A stretch of 64,000 bases of DNA. It comes from Lytechinus pictus. Taxonomy: Eukaryota. A model generated the notes under the pieces. That model was not told the DNA's origin. It made no database searches and saw only the letters and a list, made by a program, of their open reading frames with translations. The DNA lies in assembly GCF_037042905.1 (NCBI RefSeq), contig NC_087246.1, forward strand, positions 67,890,001 through 67,954,000, written 5' to 3'. The translations under genes and the position numbers were made by a program. This document shows, piece after piece, positions 56,064 through 64,000 of the stretch (its first letter is position 1; the number at the start of each line of letters is the position of its first letter).

Positions 56064-58481
56064 GATGACTGATTGCTGAATTTTATTGGCAACTTACATG
56101 TATCTGCAAGACAAAATCCAGAATGAAAGTATAGGAAAAAATATGTAAGGCCATGAATTGTTGATTGAGGAAAGTGAAACATGGTGACACATTTCAAGAT
56201 ATAAAAAAAATTGGGGTATATGTTATACAAATATATACCAGGCTTTGAGTAAGTATAGCAAGAATTATTTTCTGAGGTTTGACTGACATTACTAATTTTC
56301 CCAAGAGGGGAAGCCCCAAGGGAAAATAGGAAGGTAGGAAGGAAGGAAGAAAGGAAGAAAGAAAGAAAGAAAGAAAGGAGGGAGGGAGGAAGAAAGAAAG
56401 GAGGGAGGGAGGGAGGAAGAAAGAAAGAAAGAGAACAAAAGAATGAATGAAAGAAAAAAGAAGGGGAAAGGAATAAAACTTTAACCCCCCCAAAAAAAAA
56501 AATATCTAAAAATTTGAAAAATATTCTGAAAATATAGTTTTCAAATGGTTAGAAAACTAAAATGTTTTAGAAATGGGTAAAACATCAAAGTGAAACATTA
56601 TCAAAGTTGAAAGTTAGATGAATCATTGCAAAATGTCAAATGTCAATTCTGGGCGCGTTACTATGAACACTTGCTAGACTCTGATTTTTAATTGTTTTTA
56701 TGTGTAGAAAGTTGGAAACAACAAGGAGTGCTGTCTTAGTGTTCCTGCATGGCTTGAGGACTGCAGCAGGAGCACATGTGTGATCATGCTCCTCAAAAAT
56801 AGAGCCCTGCTGCAAAGTGCTGGAGTAATTTTGCCATATACCTGTAGTAGCCTATATGAATTAGTCTGTGTATTACTCTATGCTTTGCTTTACCATAAAG
56901 GACCTTCATGCCACATTAAAAGATGATCGGAGAAGAAATGCAGCTGGCAGAGCACTCACAAGGACATCTCTGCTATATTTCCACAAAAACTCTTGTTACC
57001 ATGGCAACGATGTCTCCACCCACACCAAAATCAATAGGCTTCTTTGCTATACCATACTCAACCTACATGCCAAATTTGAAGATGATCGGAGAAGAAATGC
57101 AGCTGATAGAGCGCTCACAAGGAAATCTCTGCGGCGGACGCGGCGAGGCAAAATCCATAGTATCCTCCGAACTCTGTTCAGGGGATACAATAATATGACC
57201 TGATACTTTTACTCATTTAAGAGTTCTAAAGTGATGATAATGATAATTACACCAAATATGCCTACTTGTTGTTCTTATTTTAACAATGATCTCGTTATAC
57301 TCTTTTACTCGACTTATGTATAAGAATGAATGTATTATGTGCACGCCAATATTTTGTATTTGTCTCTCCTTGATTTTGTATATTTCCTTATGTGTTGTAA
57401 TTTGTATGTTTGCATGTAAACAAAATGAATTTCCATCAAGTTGGACAATAAAACATTATATTATTATAAGTTGTGCCAGGTCGGGGACCTGCGATTGAGA
57501 TAGAGAGAAGACCCCAACAGGCCAACAAGTGTGGATGCATGCAACCCAGCTGCTCCCCATCCGGCGCCATGGTCTACAACTGAGAAGCATCCTTGCTGTT
57601 ATTATTATATCCGTTTTCTACCGTGTGACATCGTTTGTACATGTACCACCCATGGGTGCATTGTGTGCCGCTGTGTACAGGAAAATTGAAGGCATGGCGC
57701 ATGCAAAACTGCAACAATTGCATGACCCTCCCGCAAATATAAGATTTTATAAAGAAGAATTTTTTAAAATCAAGTCCTACGAAACTTTCCGAACGATGTT
57801 AGGTCAATTCCCCCAAATATCATGAATATCCCCCAAATAGCATAATTTATGCGCTGAGTTTTCTTTTCGTTGACAAAATACGGAGCTTGCTTCTATTTCC
57901 GAAAGTTTACGTCTAATTAGCTAAAGAGGTTGCGCGATTTACCTTCATATCAAAGACACTACAAGGGAAAAGACTAGGCACAAAAACTATTTTACACGTA
58001 AATCGATGCAACGCTTTACGCGAAGTCGGCAAAATGTCCAATCTTTTTACTGTTAAGACTTTGGTGGAACGTTTATTGACAAACGACCGGTAGCACTGCG
58101 GGCTTTGTTCAAGTTACGTAGAATTTTCTATTTTTTTGTTTAATTTGTCATCACTTTGAATGTTTTCCAAAAAGTATTATCGTCAGCAAAAACAATATAA
58201 AAAGTATGTTTTTTAAGTTATTGCCTTTAAGGGTGTCTATATTTTATCAAACAATCATGGAAATTGCGCATACAATGAATCATGAATCTAGTTTAAAAAA
58301 TACAGACAAGCTGAATTAAGGTTGTGAATTGTATTAGCGCCACCAACGACCTTCCTTTTATTTCCGTGGAAGAGACTTGCGAAGCTACTTTCTAGTCCAA
58401 GTTTAAATCTTGTTTTTTAAAGCGAAATTTACAGTTTCATGGTTTCCATTATCAGGGAAATATAAAAAACTTAATTGCGTA

Positions 58482-58591
58482 CCTTGGACCGGAGTTATTG
58501 AAAAAAAATCCTCTGGATGATTGAAAAATCTTTCATCTAAGACATTTTCACCTAAGCTGACGGTTTTTCTTGCAAGTCGCCATCTTGAATG
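58482..58591 (-). promoter_or_regulatory. Candidate non-coding first exon / TSS region of BROMI
   Basis: Minus strand ATGACGTCA (CRE-like) adjoining CAAGATGGCG (YY1-like), then donor CCAAG|GTACGC; coding exon 1 has an acceptor upstream of its ATG, so a 5' exon is required. Confidence 0.4.
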
Positions 58592-58599
58592 ACGTCATT

Positions 58600-59155
58600 A
58601 TCCTTGGAACAAGATAGCTTGTGTGAAAACAGAAAAATCAAAGAAAAAGATCAACAAAAGTTTGAGAAAAATTTGACAAATAATGAGAAAGTTATGAGCA
58701 TTTGAATATTGCGATCACTAATTCTATGGAGATCCTCACATTGCCAATGCGACAAAGATGTGTGATGTCACTTGTGAACAACTCTCCCCATTACTTTACT
58801 GCCTCTTTTATCACATAGATCAGTAGATCATGTGTTCTTTCTATAGGAGGGCATTGTAATACAGAATTTTAAAGAATACATCATGGATAAAGAGTTTGTA
58901 TCACCATAAGAAAAAGCAAGAAGAGACATTTTGGGGGTATTTTATAGTCCATCAAAGGGAAAGTTGTTCACATGTGACATCACACATCCTTGTTGCATTG
59001 CCAACGGGAGGATCTCCATGGCATTAGTGATTGCAATATTCAAATGCTCATAACTTTCTCATTATTTGCCCGATTTTTCTCAAACTTTCTTTGTTCTTAT
59101 TCTTTGATTTTTCTGTTTTCACACAAGCCTACTTGTTCCAAAGGTTTCATTCCTT
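58600..59155. mobile_element. Palindromic Kolobok-like MITE (left tip lost)
   Basis: About 58600-58785 is the reverse complement of about 58960-59147. Confidence 0.8.
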
Positions 59156-60776
59156 TTTCCTTTTTAATGTCTCGATATATCGAGTGTCGTCTGCTACCTG
59201 TGATCATAGCGGTTTAGCTCGAATGTGGAGCAGGTCGTATAATATCGAAAGCAATATCGATATCACATTCGTAAATTGTTGAGGCCCTCTCCGTTCGTTG
59301 GTAAATATCTCATATTTTGGCTGCCATTCTGAGGGTGATTCTCGAGACCAAGACAAGTAAACATCGGTAAAGTACTATTTTCATACCTTTTGATTTCTTT
59401 TTTCATATTTCCTTAATTAATATATATTCAAGACATTATTTAGGTAGTTTCTAAATCGATCCTTAGACTGTAAATTTGATTTTTTTTTTTAAATATTGAA
59501 GTCTGGACAGTACTAGTCGGCGAATTGGTGGACGTAATAACACATGCGAGCTCACACTAACAACAACCGTCGGTGAATGGGGATTATAGTAAAATGTCAG
59601 AAATTGTTAAGGAACTCCCCAGAAACGACGGTTATTCCTGTCTAAGTATGGTAATGTATGCAATTTAATAAAATTTTGGTCTATAAATAGGATCACCATC
59701 CACTCACACTATTGCGAGGTTAGTATATGCTATACGAACCTCGCACAACCAACGTGTTTTTGTAGTTGATTTTAGAGTTGTCGTTAACATCGCTTCATAA
59801 CGTGAATGATGTTAGCCGAAACCCATTCCGCTACTCACCAGGGCTTTTTCTGGTAAAAAGCGTTCCATTATCAATTTTTAACATATTTTTTTAATTTAAA
59901 AAGGACACAAAAAAGAGCAAAATCGCTTACCTCCCCCTGGAAAGTGGCTTCGCACGTCTCTTCCACGGAAATAAAAGGAAGGTCGTTGGTGGCGCTAATA
60001 CAGTTCGCAACCTTAATTCAGCTTGGTGGTATTTTTTAAACTAGATTCATGATTCATTGTATGCGCAATTCCAATAATTGTTTGATAAAATAGAGACCCC
60101 AATAAATGCAATAACTTAAGAAACATACTTTTTTATTATTTTTGCTGACGATAATATTTTTTGGAAAATATTCAAAACGATGACAAATTAAACAAAAAAT
60201 ATAGAAAATTCTATGTACCTTGAACAAAGCCCCGCAAGTGCTACCGCTCGTTTGTCAATTAACGTTCCACCATAGTCTTTACAGTAAAAAGATTGAACAC
60301 TTTGCCGACTTCGCGTAACGCTTTGCATCGATTTACGTGTAAGATAATTACTGTGTCTAGTCTTTCAATTGTAGTGTCTTTGATATGACGAAAAATCGCG
60401 CGCCCTCTTTCGCTCATTAGACGAAAAATTTGAGAGCTAGAAAGGTAGCTCTCGTATTTTGTCAACGAGAAGAAAAATCAATGCTTAAATGAGGCATTTT
60501 GAGGGATATTCATCAAATTATGAGGAATTGACTTTACATCGTTTTGTAAGTTTTGTAGGAGGACTTCATTCTGTAAGTCCTCGTATTAATTTTTCGTAAA
60601 TTAACGTTATTTGTTGAATGCGCCGTGCCTTCAATTATTTTGTAGTCGGCGGCTGAGATGTAGCCGTGGGTGGACCACCATCATGACCACAGCCGGCACT
60701 ACTACTAGTTCTAATGTTTAATATGAAGGGAATTCCCTTCTATATTATCTTCTCCACAGTCCCATAAGCTGCCTTG

Positions 60777-63060
60777 GGCATAATCGTGAAATAGTCCCCA
60801 TATCCAAAAATGGGGATTATCAGAATCACACCTACCAGAACGCATAAAAATCACCTCCTTTCTCCATCCAGAGTCCCCAACTCTCGCACAGCTCTTTAGC
60901 TTGCAAAATAATAACACACACAAATGAAACACACACTGTATACCGGTATACGTATATACACTTAGGTTCTCTCCCTATTATATACTCGTGATACAGTCCC
61001 CACTCAACGGGGAATCGAGCTTGATTTTCACGGCGGTGGGGACAGTTTCAACAGTATAGTATACTCGTGATGCGGTCCCCACGCTATGGGATACACAGTT
61101 CACTTCGCACGCAGTGGGGACAGTTCCAACAGTATAACTATACTCGTGATACCGTCCCCTCATAACATAAATTCGTGCTCGTTCAACAAGGCGATCGCGA
61201 TGGGGACAGTTTCCCGATGCAATTTCACAAGGATAAAACATTTTAGGGTATGGCTGCGGAAGTTGGGGGAGGGGGACTTCAGCCCCTACCTTTTTCCAAA
61301 ACATAAACGTAAAAATATGACCATAGGATTGTGATTTTTTTGTGCATCTTCAGCTTTCCCCTTTTGCACCCACAAATGTAATGCACTTTACCCACGAATG
61401 TAATAATTTTTGATCGCCCACAAATGTAATAATGACTATTTCCCCACAAATGTAATCAATTTGAATAAATTTGAAGGGATTTTTTGCGAATCCTTCTAAA
61501 CTAAAATCCTATAGAAATGCCTTCATATAGCACAAAAGTGCAGTCTTTTTTCCAGACCCGGTTAATTAAAAATTATAATATAAGTCCAAAGTCTTCTTTT
61601 CCAGACCCGGTTGCTTCAAAAATTATAATATCGGTTCAAAGTCTTTTTTCCAGACCCTGTTAATTAAGAAATTATAATATAAGTCCAAACTCTTTTTTTC
61701 CAGACCCGGTTGTTTAAAAAATTATAATATAAGTTCAAAGTCTTTTTTTTCCAGACCCGGTTGTTAAAAAAATTATAATATAAGTCCAAAGCCTTTTTTC
61801 AGACCCAGTTATTTAAAAAATTATAATAATTATAATAGTGATAATTATGATTATGATAATAAGAAAGGTTTATAATAATAAAAAATAAGAATAATCATTG
61901 TTATAGGAAATAATAAAAGAATAATAGTAAAGCGAAATTATTATAATAATAATAAGTAAATATACATGATAGTAAGAAAAAACTAAAACGAAATTATTAT
62001 AACAATAATAAGTAAAAATAAATGACAGTAAGAAAAAAGGACAATAATAATGATGATAATAATTATGATAATAACGTATAATCTATAATGAGTCTACAGT
62101 GATTTTATTTGAAGGAATTAAATGAAATACAAGAAACAGAATGGATGGAAGGGGCATATTTTCAATGATAAACAATATCTATAATAATGATATCATTACT
62201 TTGATAATAATAACAATAACAACAGATATGTGATGATGATAGTTATAATGTATAATAACAATAATAATGATAATATGATATTGACAATAATGATGATGAT
62301 GGTAATAATAAAGGGGCCGCGGAATGGTTTTCAAAATGGGGGGGGGGGGGGCTGACCATGCAAAAAAATCATCATATGGTCACATTTTTACGTTTATGTT
62401 TTGGAAAAAGGTAGGGGCTGAAGTCCCCCCCCCCCCCTTTCGTGGTCCCTGTAATACCCAAAGGTGCTTTTTCCTTGTCACATTGCATTGGGAAACTGTC
62501 CCCCTCCCCCCCCCCCCACAGCTTCCGCAGCCATACCCTAAAATGTTTTATCCTTGTCACATTGCATCGGGAAACTGTCCCCATCGCCTTGTTGAACGAG
62601 CACGAATTTATGTTGTGAGGGGACGGTATCACGAGTATGATATACTGTTGGAGCTATCCCCACTGCGTGCCAAACGAAATGTGTATCCCATAGCGTGGGG
62701 ATTATATCACGAGTATAGTTATACTGTTGGAACTGTCCCCACTGCGTGCGAAGTGAACTGTGTATCCCATAGCGTGGGGACCGCATCACGAGTATACTAT
62801 ACTGTTGAAACAGTCCCCACCGCCTGTATCACGAGTATATAATAGGGAGAGAACCCAAGTGTATATACGTATACCGGTATACAGTGTGTGTTTCATTTGT
62901 GTGTGTTATCATTTCGCAAGCTAAAGTCTAAAGTCAAGAGCTGTGCGAGAGTTGGGGACTGTGTTCTGGAGAAAGGAGGTTATTTTCATGCGTTCTTGTA
63001 GCTAGGTGTGATTCTAATAATCCCCACTTTTGGATTTGGGGACTATATCACGATTATGCC
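60777..63060. mobile_element. Long-TIR non-autonomous DNA transposon (Mutator- or Merlin-like)
   Basis: Termini GGCATAATCGTGA(A/T)ATAGTCCCCA; arms 60777-61348 and 62357-63060; only a partial TSD (GCTGC...). Confidence 0.8.
61543..61830. repeat. ~50-bp tandem repeat, about 6 copies
   Basis: Unit TTTTCCAGACCCGGTT..AAAAATTATAATATAAGTCCAAAGTC. Confidence 0.9.
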
Positions 63061-64000
63061 GCTGCGGGCATGCCCCGCTGCCTCGTGGGACTCCGTGATC
63101 AAATGAAAATATCAAAATCATAAAAAATATGATCACGGAGTCAGTCTAACATTTACATTAATTTTTTATGATTAGGCTAGGCGCACTCACACAAGCTAGA
63201 TCCATACCTGTTTTTACTCGCACCATGTATATATTTGGCACATGCACTTTACCCTTGTGACACACACTTCACCAAGTTCTGCAAGAATCTTCAGGATTGA
63301 AGGAAGCAGACTACAAAGAAGAAGAAGAAGCATGCGAGGTTAGGCTAGGCGACAGCACAGTTCAGGCACAAATAGTGGGCCGCGCCGCGGCGGCGGCGGA
63401 GCTGGGATTCGCGCGCTCGCACTCAAAATACCCGAGTCGGATAAAATTGAATCATGAAAGAAAACTGGTCAGAAATGTGCCTTGCTGTTCCCTTCGATCA
63501 TCGACTCCAATTAGACAATTCTGAACAAATTCAATTTAGTAGGAGATTAGAAAATTGACATACCGTATTTGAAGTAAAATTCCAAGGCTTACCTGCAAAT
63601 CTAAATCGGCGTCTGTGTGTTGTCAACACAACATCACACTATTAGTTTAGACAGCGCCCTCTCTCCATGTTGTCGATCGTCGATATGATCCCGTCTAGTC
63701 CAGGATAGGCCCCATAGACAAGGGGTCGAACCTTGTTTTTTTAGATATACAATGTTTTTTTATGGTTTCTTGTCAATTCGAGGGTGCTGATTCCGAATCT
63801 GAATGATGCCACTCTTGTAACCTTGAGCATTTTCCGCAAATTGGCAAAATCCAATATGGCCGCCAAAATATGCAAATTACCCATGAAAATCATAAAATTG
63901 CCAACACATTAGCTAGAAAATGCATGTAGTTGTTGTGCAGAAGTGAAATACTAATTGGAAAAGCGATATTTGACAAAATATTTATTTTATTGATATTCAA

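Larger units (their letters stand above)
57645..60678. repeat. Diverged ~730-bp inverted repeat pair (about 57645-58378 / 59953-60678)
   Basis: For example TATTAGCGCCACCAACGACCTTCCTTTTATTTCCGTGGAAGAGAC at about 58333 and its reverse complement at about 59956. Confidence 0.85.

Noticed and set aside
57470-57600. Hammerhead or HDV-like ribozyme
   Set aside because: A short GGATGC/GCATCC stem is present, but I could not place complete catalytic core motifs by eye; a covariance-model scan would be needed.
60978-62842. Similar ORFs on opposite strands as duplicated genes
   Set aside because: Mirror translations of the inverted arms; no recognisable domain.
63297-63670. Separate gene or promoter at the right end
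   Set aside because: A CpG-rich patch, a minus-strand donor near 63592 and a CTCF-like motif near 63651 are suggestive but insufficient; the ORF has no recognisable domain.

Overview
Eukaryotic, AT-rich, transposon-dense animal DNA; the repeat repertoire looks like a marine invertebrate such as an echinoderm, which is inference only. Two host genes are present. (1) A minus-strand TBC1D32/BROMI (broad-minded) orthologue: I hand-assembled 17 phase-compatible GT-AG coding exons from the ATG at 56063 down to 31516 (about 747 codons). I did not find the remaining exons, so they probably lie left of the window. (2) A single-coding-exon GT10 alpha-1,3-fucosyltransferase (22040-23380, +), apparently nested antisense in a large BROMI intron. 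Most of the rest is mobile DNA: a Gmr1-type (PR-IN-RT-RH) Gypsy element with LTRs, tRNA-Pro PBS, PPT and 5-bp TSD carrying a deep stack of nested insertions; several CR1/L2-group LINEs (one with both ORFs open, one with a 2A-like DVDPNPGP leader); two non-autonomous AcademH-like elements carrying a RecQ helicase fragment; and piggyBac-, Kolobok-, Harbinger-, hAT- and pogo-like MITEs, tRNA-derived elements and long fold-back elements. The most unusual items are a 14-copy 56-bp minisatellite built from a BROMI exon/splice-donor junction that contains a DR1 motif, a tRNA-Thr-containing element with a Penelope-like inverted 5' end and 14-bp TSD, the 2A-like LINE leader, and a possible LTR-to-fucosyltransferase splice. 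Family names come from recalled motifs and terminus/TSD rules; no database search was run.
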